From contig JAJYNO010000025.1 of assembly GCA_021786295.1 (NCBI GenBank), forward strand, positions 3,206-67,205: a DNA stretch of 64,000 bases, in the 5' to 3' direction. The notes beneath the pieces were generated by a model. The model was not told where the DNA came from, made no database searches, and saw only the letters and a program-made list of their open reading frames with translations. Source of the DNA: a bacterium (GTDB lineage Bacteria; Elusimicrobiota; Elusimicrobia; Elusimicrobiales; UBA9959). Of this stretch, positions 1-9,628 are shown piece after piece. The position numbers and the translations under genes were made by a program. Numbering within the stretch: the stretch's first letter is position 1; each line of letters starts with the position of its first letter.

Positions 1-1596
1 CAGGCCGGTCAGCAACTCGGAAGAGAGCTGCGGGCGCCAACCGCTTTCTTTCAGCAGCAGCAATATGCCGGACAGCAGGACGAAGATAGAAAACAGGGTC
101 AGGTAGGTGACGCGCGGTCCTGCCGCTTTATAAAAATTCTCGTTGCCGACGATCATGTCGCTGTGGGCGTGGCTGATCCCGAACAGCACCGAGCGGGCGA
201 AGACCAGCAGGAAAGCGAAGAGAACGGCCAGGTGCGTAGATTTGTTGAGAGCCCCGCCGTGCCACAGCGCGGGCGCGTAAGCGCAGATGAAGGCCCAGCC
301 GAGGGCCGTGACGATGTCCTTCGAAGCCGGAAAGGCCCCGAATTTGTCCAGCCCCCGCGGCAATTTCAACGGGTAGATCATGCCGGCCGCCCAGAAGAAG
401 GCTGCGGTGAGGAAGACCTTCCAGCCAAGTGCGGCCGAAAGGAAGATGGCCGCCGCGCCGCAGACCGCAGAGATCCTGGCGGAGGCCGTCTTGTGTTTTA
501 TGAACAGCAGTTTGCGCGCCCGGTCCGGGGCGGCCGTGCCCCTCTCCCCGGCCCGGTTGGCGCTGTGCAGGCTGAAGGCGAAAAGCCCGGCCATTAGCAG
601 CAGCGCGCCCGAGACGGGAGCTCCTTCCAGCTTCATGCAGACGTAGGTGAGCGCGGAGGCGGCCACCGCGGTGTACAGCGAGCCGGTGATGAAAAGTTTC
701 CAGGCGAAGGAGAGCGGTTCCAGCAGGCGGTTCTCCCTGCTCTCCGCCAGCGCGCGCGCCTTCTCAAGCACCTTCTCGATCATCCACGAAGGGGTAGACG
801 CTCCGGCGGTTATGAAGACGCTGGAGACGCCTTCGAAAAGTTCCGGCCGCAACTCGTCCTCTTTTTCTATGTGGACGGCGCTCTTCGCCAGCCTCGCGCA
901 GATCTGGAAAAGGCGCGCCGTGTTGGCCGAGTTCTTGCCGCCTACGACTATGACCAGGTCCGACTTGCTGGAGAACTCCACCGTCTCCTTCTGGCGCTGT
1001 CTGGTCGGATTGCAGATAGTGTTGGATACCGACAACTCCCCGCATATCCCGCGGGCGGCCTCCGCGGCCTCCAGGAAGACGTCCCCCTCCTGCGTAGTCT
1101 GCGCGACTATGTTAGCCTTCTCCAGGCGAGGCAGCTTCCGTATCTCCTCCGGCCCGTCCACCACGAAGCAGCGGCCCTCGGCGTAGCCCATCAGTCCGAT
1201 GACCTCGGCGTGGTCCCTGTCTCCTACGATGATGGTTGAATAGCCCTTGCGGGCGTGGTCCCGGATGTTCTCCTGTACGTGCTTCACCAGCGGGCAGGTG
1301 GCGTCCACCACTTCCAGGTCCAGCGCGCGGATGCGGGCTTCCTCTTCCGGGGGGATGCCGTGCGCGCGGATGACCAGGATCGCGCCCTTCTCCTTTATCT
1401 CGTCCGAGGACTTAACGGAGAGGATGTTCTTCTCCTTGAGGGTCTCTATGACCTGCTTATTGTGGATCAGCGGGCCGAGGGTGTAGATGGTGCGCTGGCG
1501 GTCCTTGGCCAGCTCCAGCACCTTGTCGATGGCGTTCTTGACTCCGGGGCAGAACCCCGCGCTCCTGGCCACCGTGATCTGTATCTTTCCCGGCAT
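1..1596 (-). CDS. ispH: IspH (HMBPP reductase) fused to a C-terminal UbiA-like membrane domain; runs off the window edge
   Basis: Manual translation from ATG at 1596: MPGKIQITVARSAGFCPGV...GPLIHN...RAHG...DATCPLV...HAEV...QTT...NTICNPT...SAN...TAGASTP. The frame continues into multiple hydrophobic helices (KDIVTALGW; SDMIVGNENF). Absent from the ORF track because it lacks a stop in the window. Confidence 0.92.
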   Translation of the reverse strand, partial: MPGKIQITVARSAGFCPGVKNAIDKVLELAKDRQRTIYTLGPLIHNKQVIETLKEKNILSVKSSDEIKEKGAILVIRAHGIPPEEEARIRALDLEVVDATCPLVKHVQENIRDHARKGYSTIIVGDRDHAEVIGLMGYAEGRCFVVDGPEEIRKLPRLEKANIVAQTTQEGDVFLEAAEAARGICGELSVSNTICNPTRQRQKETVEFSSKSDLVIVVGGKNSANTARLFQICARLAKSAVHIEKEDELRPELFEGVSSVFITAGASTPSWMIEKVLEKARALAESRENRLLEPLSFAWKLFITGSLYTAVAASALTYVCMKLEGAPVSGALLLMAGLFAFSLHSANRAGERGTAAPDRARKLLFIKHKTASARISAVCGAAAIFLSAALGWKVFLTAAFFWAAGMIYPLKLPRGLDKFGAFPASKDIVTALGWAFICAYAPALWHGGALNKSTHLAVLFAFLLVFARSVLFGISHAHSDMIVGNENFYKAAGPRVTYLTLFSIFVLLSGILLLLKESGWRPQLSSELLTGL

Positions 1597-1606
1597 TACG
1601 GGCTAA

Positions 1607-1633
1607 ATTTTATCATTTTCAAATTGGTAGAAT
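1607..1633. promoter_or_regulatory. Back-to-back extended -10 promoters for ispH (TGATAAAAT, minus) and uvrB (TGGTAGAAT, plus)
   Basis: TGn-TAnnnT elements 10 nt and 6 nt upstream of the respective ATGs, in an AT-rich 43-bp gap. Confidence 0.65.
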
Positions 1634-1639
1634 CTTCCT

Positions 1640-3658
1640 ATGGAAGGCCGCTTCAAACTGACGGCGCCGTACAAGCCGGCGGGGGACCAGCCGGCGGCCA
1701 TAGAGGCGCTGGCGAAGGGGGTGCGGGGGGGCAAGGCCAACCAGACGCTGCTGGGCGTCACCGGCAGCGGCAAGACCTTCACGATGGCCGCGCTGGTGGA
1801 AAAGCTGCAGCGCCCGGCGCTGGTGATCTCGCCCAATAAGGTGCTGGCCGCCCAGCTCTACAGCGAGTTTAAGACCTTCTTCCCCGAGAACGCCGTCGAA
1901 TACTTCATCTCCTACTACGACTACTATCAGCCGGAGGCGTACATTCCGGCTACCGACACGTACATCGAGAAGGACTCCTCGATCAACGACCACATAGACA
2001 AGCTGCGGCTGAAGGCCACCACGTCGATACTCACGCGCAGGGATACGCTGGTGGTGGCGTCCGTTTCGTCCATCTACAATATCGGCTCCCCGGAGAACTT
2101 CTCCGAGCTGTGCCTTCACCTCAGGGTGGGGGAGAAGGCCGACCGCAAGGAGCTGACGCGTTTCCTGGTCAGCATACACTACGAGCGCAACGAGACGGCT
2201 TTCGAACGCGGCACTTTCCGGATGCGCGGGGCCAATCTGGACATATTCCCCGGCGATTCCGACACGGCCTGGCGCGTGCAGCTTGGCGACACGATAGAAT
2301 CCGTGACGGAGATAGACCCGCTCACCGGCAATACCATCCGCGGACTGAAGGAGACCTGGGTGTTCCCGGCCACTCATTTCGTCTCGACCGCGGGCGAGGT
2401 GGAGACCGCGGCGCGATCCATAGAGGCCGAGCTGGCCGAGCGGCTGGCGGTGCTCAAAGGGCAGGACAAGCTGCTGGAGGCCGAGCGGCTTTCGCAGCGC
2501 GTGCGCTACGACCTGGAGATGATCCGCCAGACCGGCTTCTGCTCCGGCATCGAGAACTACTCGCGCCACCTGGCCAACCGCGAGCCGGGCAGCAGGCCTG
2601 ACTGCCTGTTCGACTACTTTAAAGGCGACTTCCTGCTGTTCATCGACGAGTCGCACGTGGCCCTGCCGCAGATACGCGGCATGTACGAGGGCGACCGCGC
2701 GCGCAAGCAGACGCTGGTGGACTTCGGCTTCCGCCTGCCTTCCGCGCTGGACAACCGGCCGCTCAAGTTCGACGAGTTCGAGGCGCTGCGGCCCTCGACT
2801 GTTTTTGTTTCGGCCACGCCGGGGCCCTACGAGCTGCAGCATTGCTCCAGGGAAGACATCGTGGAGCAGATCATCCGCCCGACGGGGCTGGTGGACCCGG
2901 AGGTGAAGATCCTGCCGGTGACCGGCCAGATAAAGTCCCTGACCGAAGAGATAACGAAACGCGCCGAGAAGAAGGAGCGCACGCTGGTGCTGACGCTCAC
3001 CAAGAAGACCGCCGAGGACCTCAGCGACTACCTCAAGGAAAAGGGCCTGAAGGCGCGCTACATGCACTCCGACATGGACACGCTGGAGCGGCTGGACATT
3101 CTGGGCGCCTTCCGCAAGGGCGAGTTCGACGCTCTCGTAGGCATCAACCTGCTGCGCGAGGGCCTGGACATCCCCGAGGTGACGCTGGTCGCGATACTCA
3201 ACGCCGACAACGAGGGTTTCCTCCGCAGCGAGACCACGCTGATACAGATCGCCGGCCGCGCCGCCCGCAACCTGTGCGGCGAGGTGATACTCTTCGCCGA
3301 CCGCATGACGGGCTCGATGGAGCGGGCCATCTCCGAGATGAAGCGCCGCCGCGACAGGCAGGTGGCCTACAACAAGGCCCATCACATCACGCCGAAGAGC
3401 ATCGTGAAGAAGTACGTGGAATACGAGGAGCTGCGCAAGCAGGAGCGGCGCGAGGGCATAGCGGTGGCCGAGCCGCTGCCGAAGGGCCTCTCCAAGTCCG
3501 GCGCGCAAGCCCTGGCCGGCGAGCTGGAGCGCCGCATGCGCGACGCGGCCGACAGCCTTAACTTCGAGCTGGCCGCCGAGCTGCGCGACCGCCTGATGGA
3601 ACTGCGCGAGATGTCCGGGGTAAAACCAGGCGCGGTCAAAAATAAAAGAAAGAAGTGA
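1640..3658 (+). CDS. uvrB: Excinuclease ABC subunit B
   Basis: GVTGSGKT Walker A, YYDYYQPEAY beta-hairpin, DESH, GINLLREGLD, C-terminal UVR domain (FELAAELRD). Confidence 0.98.
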   Translation: MEGRFKLTAPYKPAGDQPAAIEALAKGVRGGKANQTLLGVTGSGKTFTMAALVEKLQRPALVISPNKVLAAQLYSEFKTFFPENAVEYFISYYDYYQPEAYIPATDTYIEKDSSINDHIDKLRLKATTSILTRRDTLVVASVSSIYNIGSPENFSELCLHLRVGEKADRKELTRFLVSIHYERNETAFERGTFRMRGANLDIFPGDSDTAWRVQLGDTIESVTEIDPLTGNTIRGLKETWVFPATHFVSTAGEVETAARSIEAELAERLAVLKGQDKLLEAERLSQRVRYDLEMIRQTGFCSGIENYSRHLANREPGSRPDCLFDYFKGDFLLFIDESHVALPQIRGMYEGDRARKQTLVDFGFRLPSALDNRPLKFDEFEALRPSTVFVSATPGPYELQHCSREDIVEQIIRPTGLVDPEVKILPVTGQIKSLTEEITKRAEKKERTLVLTLTKKTAEDLSDYLKEKGLKARYMHSDMDTLERLDILGAFRKGEFDALVGINLLREGLDIPEVTLVAILNADNEGFLRSETTLIQIAGRAARNLCGEVILFADRMTGSMERAISEMKRRRDRQVAYNKAHHITPKSIVKKYVEYEELRKQERREGIAVAEPLPKGLSKSGAQALAGELERRMRDAADSLNFELAAELRDRLMELREMSGVKPGAVKNKRKK

Positions 3659-3690
3659 CCTCCCCGGCCGCGGGTCCTTGCCGGCGGACC

Positions 3691-3718
3691 ACGGGCCGCT
3701 TGCATGGCCCGTTTTTTT
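3691..3718 (+). terminator. Intrinsic terminator after uvrB
   Basis: acgggcc...ggcccgt hairpin followed by a T-run. Confidence 0.75.
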
Positions 3719-3734
3719 GGCGCTATAATCGCGG

Positions 3735-4763
3735 ATGGGGGTTATGAAAGAAGCCATTCTCTATGAAAAGCTGGGCGGCGGCAAGGTGCGCTGCGGCGTT
3801 TGCCGGCGCCGCTGCGTTATAGCTCCGGGCGGCCTCGGCTTCTGCCGCACGCGCCGCAACGAGAGCGGCAGGCTCTATACCTTGATATACGGGCTGGTTG
3901 CCGGCCTCCACGCCGACCCGGTCGAGAAAAAGCCGCTGTACCATTTCTTTCCCGGCAGCCTCTGCATGTCGCTGGGCACGCTGGGCTGCAGTTTCCGCTG
4001 CCCCGGCTGCCAGAACTGGGAACTTTCGCGGGCAGCGCCGGGCGGGCCCGGCGGCGGCGCCGAGGAGCTTTCCCCGGAAGAACTGGTAAGATTGGCGGCC
4101 AGGTACAAGTGCCGCGGAGTCGCCTGGACCTACAACGAGCCCTCCATCTGGCTGGAATACACGCTGGACGGGGCGAAGCTGGCGAAAAAGAAAGGCCTCT
4201 ACACGGTTTACGTCACCAACGGCTTCATGACCCCTGAGGCGCTGGAACTGATGGCGCCGTACCTGGACGCCTTCAGGGTGGATATAAAGGGCTTCAGCGA
4301 GGAGACCTATCAGAGGATAGCCGGCGTGCGCGCGCTGGCGGGAGTGCTGGATTCGGCCAGGCTGGCCAGGTGCACGCACAGGATGCACGTGGAATGCGTG
4401 ACCAACGTGACCCCCACGGTCAACGACGACGAGGACGAGCTGAAGGGGATGGCCAGGTGGATAAGGTCGGAGCTGGGGCCGGATACGCCCTGGCACGTCA
4501 CCGCGTTCTCCCCGCACCAGGAACTGTCGGACCTGCCGTCCACGCCGGTGGCCGAACTGGAGCGGGTGCGTCAGTTCGGATTGGACGCCGGCCTGCGCTA
4601 CGTCTACATAGGCAACGTCCCGGGCCACCAGGCCGGGAACACCTGGTGCCACAAGTGCGGCGCGCTCCTGATACGCAGGGAGGGCTACGACACTTCGCTG
4701 GTCGGGTTGAAGGGAGCCGCCTGCGCCCGCTGCGCCGCGCCGCTGGCCGGCCGTTTCGCCTGA
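3735..4763 (+). CDS. amrS: AmmeMemoRadiSam system radical SAM enzyme (PFL-activase-like)
   Basis: N-terminal CxxCxxxC, DPVEKKPLYHF, CSFRCPGCQNW radical SAM motif, YNEP, C-terminal CxxC pairs. Confidence 0.88.
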   Translation: MGVMKEAILYEKLGGGKVRCGVCRRRCVIAPGGLGFCRTRRNESGRLYTLIYGLVAGLHADPVEKKPLYHFFPGSLCMSLGTLGCSFRCPGCQNWELSRAAPGGPGGGAEELSPEELVRLAARYKCRGVAWTYNEPSIWLEYTLDGAKLAKKKGLYTVYVTNGFMTPEALELMAPYLDAFRVDIKGFSEETYQRIAGVRALAGVLDSARLARCTHRMHVECVTNVTPTVNDDEDELKGMARWIRSELGPDTPWHVTAFSPHQELSDLPSTPVAELERVRQFGLDAGLRYVYIGNVPGHQAGNTWCHKCGALLIRREGYDTSLVGLKGAACARCAAPLAGRFA

Positions 4764-4780
4764 GCTGAAAAGGGGGGGCT

Positions 4781-5263
4781 ATGGAAATGATGACCGTCGC
4801 TGTAAAGAAACCCGAGGACGTGAACGTTATCCTCGGGCAGGCGCATTTCATTAAAACGGCGGAGGATCTTTACGAGGCGCTGATAGCCTCTTCCCCCGCG
4901 CTGAAGTTCGGGCTGGCCTTCTGCGAGTCCTCAGGCGCGTGCAAGGTGCGCGTCGAGGGGAACGACCAGGAGTTGAGGGACCTCGCGGCCGTCAACGCGC
5001 TTGAAATAGGGGCAGGGCACGCCTTTATCGTCATGCTGCGCGCCGGCTTCCCGATCAACGTGCTCAACGCCGTCAAGGGCCTGAGCGAGGTTTGCTCGCT
5101 CTACGCGGCCACGGCGAACCCTCTGGAGGTCGTCCTCGCCGACAACGGCAAAGGCCGCGGCATCCTCGGCGTCATAGACGGCCTCAAGCCGGTTGGCATA
5201 GAGGACGAAAAGGACGTCGCCTGGCGCAAGACCTTCCTGCGCGAGATAGGCTACAAACGCTGA
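4781..5263 (+). CDS. Adenosine-specific kinase family protein (DUF355)
   Basis: NVILGQAHFIKTAEDL, FGLAFCESSG, FPINVLN, ATANP, GRGILGVIDG, C-terminal IGYKR. Confidence 0.88.
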   Translation: MEMMTVAVKKPEDVNVILGQAHFIKTAEDLYEALIASSPALKFGLAFCESSGACKVRVEGNDQELRDLAAVNALEIGAGHAFIVMLRAGFPINVLNAVKGLSEVCSLYAATANPLEVVLADNGKGRGILGVIDGLKPVGIEDEKDVAWRKTFLREIGYKR

Positions 5264-5492
5264 CGGGCTGTCGCCGCGCATGCGGATGGGGACGCTGCTT
5301 CCTAATCCTTCCGGACTTTTTGATGTTGTCCGCGGATGGGCGAGATGGGCGGCGGCGGCGCTGTCTTCTTGGGCCGCCGGCAATAAGCGGCGCAAAAGAG
5401 CGGCGTTCAAGCCGTTCCCGGGATTTCGGGAACCGTCCGGACGGAGTGCCGGGCCTTATGTTTCCCGCGGATACAAATGGTAAAATCTTGGA

Positions 5493-6341
5493 GTGAAGGA
5501 ATTTGAAGCGGTCATAAGGGCGGCCCTGAAGGAAGACATAGGGACAGGGGACGTCACCACGCGCTTCTTCGTGCCGCTCGGGACCAGGTTCAAGGGGCGC
5601 ATCTTCGCCAAGGACAAAGGCGTGGTCTGCGGCCTCGAAGTGGCCAGAAGGGTCTTCCGGCTGGCCGCCAAGGGCTCCCGGGTAAAGTTGGTACGCAGGG
5701 ACGGCGCCCGCATAAGGAAGGGCGACACCCTGATGCTGGTGGAAGGCCCCGCCAGCATACTCACGGCCGAGCGCACCGCCCTCAACTTCCTGCAGCACAT
5801 GAGCGGGGTGGCCACCAGGGCCGCGCAGTTCGCCTCCGTCATAAAGCATTCCCGCACCAAAATTTACGACACCCGCAAGACCCTGCCCGGTCTGCGGCTG
5901 ATAGAGAAGTACGCCGTCCGCTGCGGCGGAGGGCGCAATCACCGCCTGGGGCTTTACGATATGGCCATGATAAAGGACAACCACGTGGCCTTCGCCGGCA
6001 ACGACCCCGCCGTCCTCGGCGCGAGGATCAGGGCCATGCGCCGCGCCGACCCGCGCATAAAGATAGAACTGGAAGTGGACACCCTCGCCCAGCTGAAGGC
6101 TTTCCTGCCGTTGGGCGCCGACGTCATCATGCTCGACAATATGTCCTACGGGGATATGAAGAAGGCTATCGCCTTCGTCCGCTCTGGCAAGGGCAAGGCC
6201 CCTGAAATTGAAATTTCCGGCGGCGTGGACCTGAAGATGGCCGCCCGCTATTCGAAGTTGGGCGCCGACCGCATCTCCGCCGGCGCCATCACCAGCGGCG
6301 CCAAACCGCTGGATATCTCTTTCGAGGTGAACCCCAAATGA
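5493..6341 (+). CDS. nadC: Nicotinate-nucleotide pyrophosphorylase (carboxylating)
   Basis: EDIGTGDVTT, ERTALNFLQHMSGVAT, DTRKTLPG, HRLGLYD, IKDNH, IMLDNM. Confidence 0.96.
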   Translation: MKEFEAVIRAALKEDIGTGDVTTRFFVPLGTRFKGRIFAKDKGVVCGLEVARRVFRLAAKGSRVKLVRRDGARIRKGDTLMLVEGPASILTAERTALNFLQHMSGVATRAAQFASVIKHSRTKIYDTRKTLPGLRLIEKYAVRCGGGRNHRLGLYDMAMIKDNHVAFAGNDPAVLGARIRAMRRADPRIKIELEVDTLAQLKAFLPLGADVIMLDNMSYGDMKKAIAFVRSGKGKAPEIEISGGVDLKMAARYSKLGADRISAGAITSGAKPLDISFEVNPK

Positions 6342-6946
6342 AGACCTGCGACTGTGACCTGAACCTTGATACACTGCCCGGAATCAGCAAGATAGTCTGC
6401 CTGGACGAGGTGGATTCCACCCAGGCCGTGGGACGCGAGTTGGCTCTGGAGGGCACGGCGGAGAAGACGCTGGTGCTGGCCGAGACGCAGACCGCCGGTA
6501 AGGGCCGCCTCGGCCGCGAGTGGGAATCCGGCCCGGGAGGCGTCTACATGACGCTGTTGCTGAAGCCTGAGACCGGGGTCAAGTTCCTGCCGCACCTGAG
6601 CGTGCTCAGCGGGGAGGCTGTCGCCGAAACTATCACCGAACTGTACGGCATAAAGACCCGCATCAAGAAGCCCAACGACGTGTACGCCTGGCATCCGCGC
6701 CGCCGCAAGTGGCTGAAGATCTGCGGCATCCTGACGGAGTCCTCCTCCATCAACAAGGAAGCCAGCTGGCTGCTGCTCGGCATGGGCGTGAACCTCAACA
6801 ACGCGCTCAGGCTGGAGACCGCCGTCAGCGTTAAAGCAATAAAGGGCAAGGAAGTTTCCCGCGAAGAGTTTTTGGAGGCCTTCTTCAGGAATTTCTGGCT
6901 GGAGTACTCCGCCTGGGAGTACGGCAGCCAGGCCAAGAGCTCGTGA
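6338..6946 (+). CDS. birA: Biotin-protein ligase, catalytic domain only
   Basis: DSTQ, AETQTAGKGRLGREW, KKPND, KICGIL, GMGVN; no N-terminal HTH; short C-terminus. Confidence 0.88.
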   Translation: MKTCDCDLNLDTLPGISKIVCLDEVDSTQAVGRELALEGTAEKTLVLAETQTAGKGRLGREWESGPGGVYMTLLLKPETGVKFLPHLSVLSGEAVAETITELYGIKTRIKKPNDVYAWHPRRRKWLKICGILTESSSINKEASWLLLGMGVNLNNALRLETAVSVKAIKGKEVSREEFLEAFFRNFWLEYSAWEYGSQAKSS

Positions 6947-7758
6947 ATTCCGCTAGGCTGAAGGAGATAGCTCTCTCGGCCGGCGCCTCGGCCGCCGGCA
7001 TAGCCCCGGCGGCGGACCTCCCCGAACTGGACAGGTTCTCCGTGGCCGTGAACGCGGTCCCGCCCGGGCTTTCCTACCTGCTCCGGGACCCTGAAAGAAG
7101 GAAGAACATAAAGAACTGGTACGCCGGCGCGCGCTCGGTGCTCGTCTGCGTTTTCCGCTACTGGTCCCCGGATACGGACTACGCGGCGGAGCTGGCTAAA
7201 GCCGGGGACCCGATGGCCTACCTCCGGAACACCGGCCGCAAAGCGTACCAGCCGGCCCTGCTGTCGCGGACCGGGGCTAAGATATCCCGTTACGCGCTGG
7301 GCCGGGACTACCACCTGACGGTGAAAGAGAAGCTCGCCGCGATGCTGGCGGAGATAAAAAAGGAAAAACCTGCCGCCGAGGGCAAACTTTTCTGCGACAC
7401 TTCGCCGGTGATGGAGAAGGAGCTTGCCCGCCTGGCTGGGCTGGGCTTCAGGGGGAAGAACACGCTGCTGCTCTCGAAGGAGCTGGGCAGCTGGTCCTTC
7501 ATTGGCGGTATCGCTTTGGATCTGGAGGCGCAGGCCGACGCGCCGTGCGGCGGCGACTGCGGCTCCTGCGACCTTTGCCAGCGCGCCTGTCCCACCGGCG
7601 CCCTCAGGGACGGCAGGCTGGACGCCTCGCTCTGCCTCTCCTACTGGACCACCCAGTCCAAACAGGAAATTCCGCCGGGCCTCGCCGCGAAGAACCCCGG
7701 CTGGGCCTATGGCTGCGACGCCTGCCAGGAAGCCTGCCCTTATAACAGTCCAAAGTAG
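6943..7758 (+). CDS. queG: tRNA epoxyqueuosine reductase
   Basis: ISRYALGRDYH, DTSPVMEK, GKNTLL, CGSCDLCQRACPTGA, CLSYWT, YGCDACQEACP. Confidence 0.93.
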   Translation: MNSARLKEIALSAGASAAGIAPAADLPELDRFSVAVNAVPPGLSYLLRDPERRKNIKNWYAGARSVLVCVFRYWSPDTDYAAELAKAGDPMAYLRNTGRKAYQPALLSRTGAKISRYALGRDYHLTVKEKLAAMLAEIKKEKPAAEGKLFCDTSPVMEKELARLAGLGFRGKNTLLLSKELGSWSFIGGIALDLEAQADAPCGGDCGSCDLCQRACPTGALRDGRLDASLCLSYWTTQSKQEIPPGLAAKNPGWAYGCDACQEACPYNSPK

Positions 7759-7775
7759 CCTCGCGGCCCGCCGCA

Positions 7776-7956
7776 GGGAGAAGGTCTGAAAAACACGGCG
7801 CCGAGACCCGGCCTATGGCCGTGCCGCATCAGGAGCTATGCTCATCAAGCGTCCGCCGTGCAAAGCTCCTCATGCAGACCTGGCCGCTTCGCGGACATCC
7901 GGCTTCGGCGCTTACGCAAGCCTCGGCCTCCGAGACGTTTTTTTTCTCCTCTTCCC
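7776..7956. repeat. ~180-bp imperfect palindromic element (MITE/REP-like)
   Basis: Nested inverted repeats 7826-7841/7860-7875 (14/16), 7798-7811/7899-7911, and imperfect terminal IR 7776-7797/7936-7956. Confidence 0.5.
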
Positions 7957-7966
7957 GCGTCGGGAC

Positions 7967-7999
7967 AAAAAAACAGGGGAGTCATGGGCTCCCCTGTTT
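7967..7999 (-). terminator. Intrinsic terminator of the response regulator gene
   Basis: aaacaggggag...ctcccctgttt stem with an A-run on the left (T-run on minus). Confidence 0.8.
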
Positions 8000-8019
8000 C
8001 GCGGCGGCTCGGACGGCCG

Positions 8020-8391
8020 CTATTTCTTCATCGCGAGGCCGTTCTTGACGGCTTCCATCAGGTCGTCCGTGTTGAAAGGCTTGGTAAGGAAGGCAGCCAC
8101 CTGCGAGAAGCGCTGGAACATCGTGCGGGAGGGCTCAAGCGCGGAAAGGACGATTATCGGCATATTGCCCAGGTCAGGGTCCTCGGAGATCTGCGTAGCC
8201 AGCGAGTAGCCGTCTATGCCTGGCAGCATCACGTCCAGCACCAGCAGGTCCGGCTTATAGGAGCGCAGCACGTCCATGACCTCGCGGCCGTTGTCGCAGA
8301 CCTTTATCTGGTGGCCGAGCGACTCGAGGGTGTACTGCACCAGGCTCGAGATCTCGGGGTCGTCGTCAACAACAAGAATTTTATTCCCCAT
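8020..8391 (-). CDS. Single-domain response regulator (CheY-like receiver)
   Basis: ILVVDDD, LDVMLPGIDG, LSA, KPF. Confidence 0.93.
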   Translation of the reverse strand: MGNKILVVDDDPEISSLVQYTLESLGHQIKVCDNGREVMDVLRSYKPDLLVLDVMLPGIDGYSLATQISEDPDLGNMPIIVLSALEPSRTMFQRFSQVAAFLTKPFNTDDLMEAVKNGLAMKK

Positions 8392-8413
8392 ATGGCCTAA
8401 TGTAACATAACTC

Positions 8414-9628
8414 TCACTTATAAAGCAAGAATTTCGCCGAGGAGGCCTTGAACTCCGCGCTCTCCCGGCGGAAAAGGGCGAGGATTTCGTCAGGGGAGGC
8501 CCCCGCCTCCAGCATCCGGTAAAAGTCGGGGGTGCCGGTCATCTTGCGTATCTCGAAAGGTTTCAGCTCGAATTCTTCGCCGTTGTACTTCTTCAGCAGC
8601 CAGGCCGCCCGGACGAAGATGTCCAGAGACCGTACCGCGCTTTCGTTCGTCACCTCTATCTCCACTCCGCGGCATTTCTTGCCCGCGTACAGGTCCGAGG
8701 AGGGCTTCAGGGCGCGCGTGCGGAACATCACGCCCGGAAGCCGGGCCTTGTTAAGTGCCCTCGCTATCTTGCCGGCCTTCATCCACGGCGCGCCGAACCA
8801 GTGGAATGGTTCCGGCGTGCCGCGGCCGACGGAGACGTCAGAGGCCTCGAAACAGCCCAGGCCGGGATAAAGCACCTCCGCTTCCGTGTCCCTGATGTTG
8901 GGAGAGGGGTCGGTCCAGATCAGGCCTGTCTGGTCGAAGAACATGGAATGGTCCCAGTTCTCCATTTTAATCACGTCAAGGACCAGGTTCAACTTCAGGT
9001 TTTCCTTGTGCAGGAAGGCCATCTCCCCGGCGGTCAGGCCGTGGCGCACGGGCACGGGGTAATAGGCGGTGAAATCGCGTATGTCTGGCTCCAGGACCGG
9101 GCCTTCGACCGCGCCGCCTATCGGGTTGGGACGGTCCAGCACCATGAACGGGACCCCGGCCTTCGCGGCCTCCTCCATGGCGTAGCCCATCGTGGTCAGG
9201 TAGGTGTAGAAGCGCGCGCCTATATCCTGGATGTCGAAGACCAGGATATCCAGGCCCTTCAGCATTTCAGGGGTCGGGCGCCTGGTCTTGCCGTAGAGGC
9301 TGAAGACCGGCGCGCCGGTCGCCGGGTCCGTGGAATTGCTTATAAGGACGCCGCCCTCGGCGGTGCCTCGGAAGCCGTGTTCGGGAGAGAAGATGGCAGC
9401 CAGCTTGAAATTGCCGGCCTTGGCGAACACGTCCGCCGCATTGTCTCCGTTAAGGTCAAGCGCGGACTGGTTGGTGATCAGCCCCACGCGTTTGCCTTCC
9501 AGTTTACGGAAGCCGTCGCGCTCCAATACATCCAAGCCGGTAAGCGTCATGGTAGCGGCGGCGGCGGCCGAAGCCAGGAAAGAGCAGAGAATTACGGCTA
9601 AAAAGTAGCCTGTCCCCTTTTTTTTCAT
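8414..9628 (-). CDS. namZ: Exo-beta-N-acetylmuramidase NamZ family (DUF1343), secreted
   Basis: Signal peptide, GLITNQS, FSPEHGFRG, FDIQDIGARFYTY, LDRPNP, RHGLTAGE, PSPNI. Confidence 0.9.
   Translation of the reverse strand: MKKKGTGYFLAVILCSFLASAAAAATMTLTGLDVLERDGFRKLEGKRVGLITNQSALDLNGDNAADVFAKAGNFKLAAIFSPEHGFRGTAEGGVLISNSTDPATGAPVFSLYGKTRRPTPEMLKGLDILVFDIQDIGARFYTYLTTMGYAMEEAAKAGVPFMVLDRPNPIGGAVEGPVLEPDIRDFTAYYPVPVRHGLTAGEMAFLHKENLKLNLVLDVIKMENWDHSMFFDQTGLIWTDPSPNIRDTEAEVLYPGLGCFEASDVSVGRGTPEPFHWFGAPWMKAGKIARALNKARLPGVMFRTRALKPSSDLYAGKKCRGVEIEVTNESAVRSLDIFVRAAWLLKKYNGEEFELKPFEIRKMTGTPDFYRMLEAGASPDEILALFRRESAEFKASSAKFLLYK

Noticed and set aside
5264..5492. Intergenic region before nadC as a riboswitch, SRP RNA or small ORF (5280..5483)
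   Set aside because: nadC has its own -10 element 6 nt before the start, so this is probably not its leader. The minus-strand GTCCGGAAGG..GGAAGCAGC resemblance to SRP helix 8 (5294-5316) is interrupted and lacks the flanking stem. The small ORF has no SD or recognisable features.
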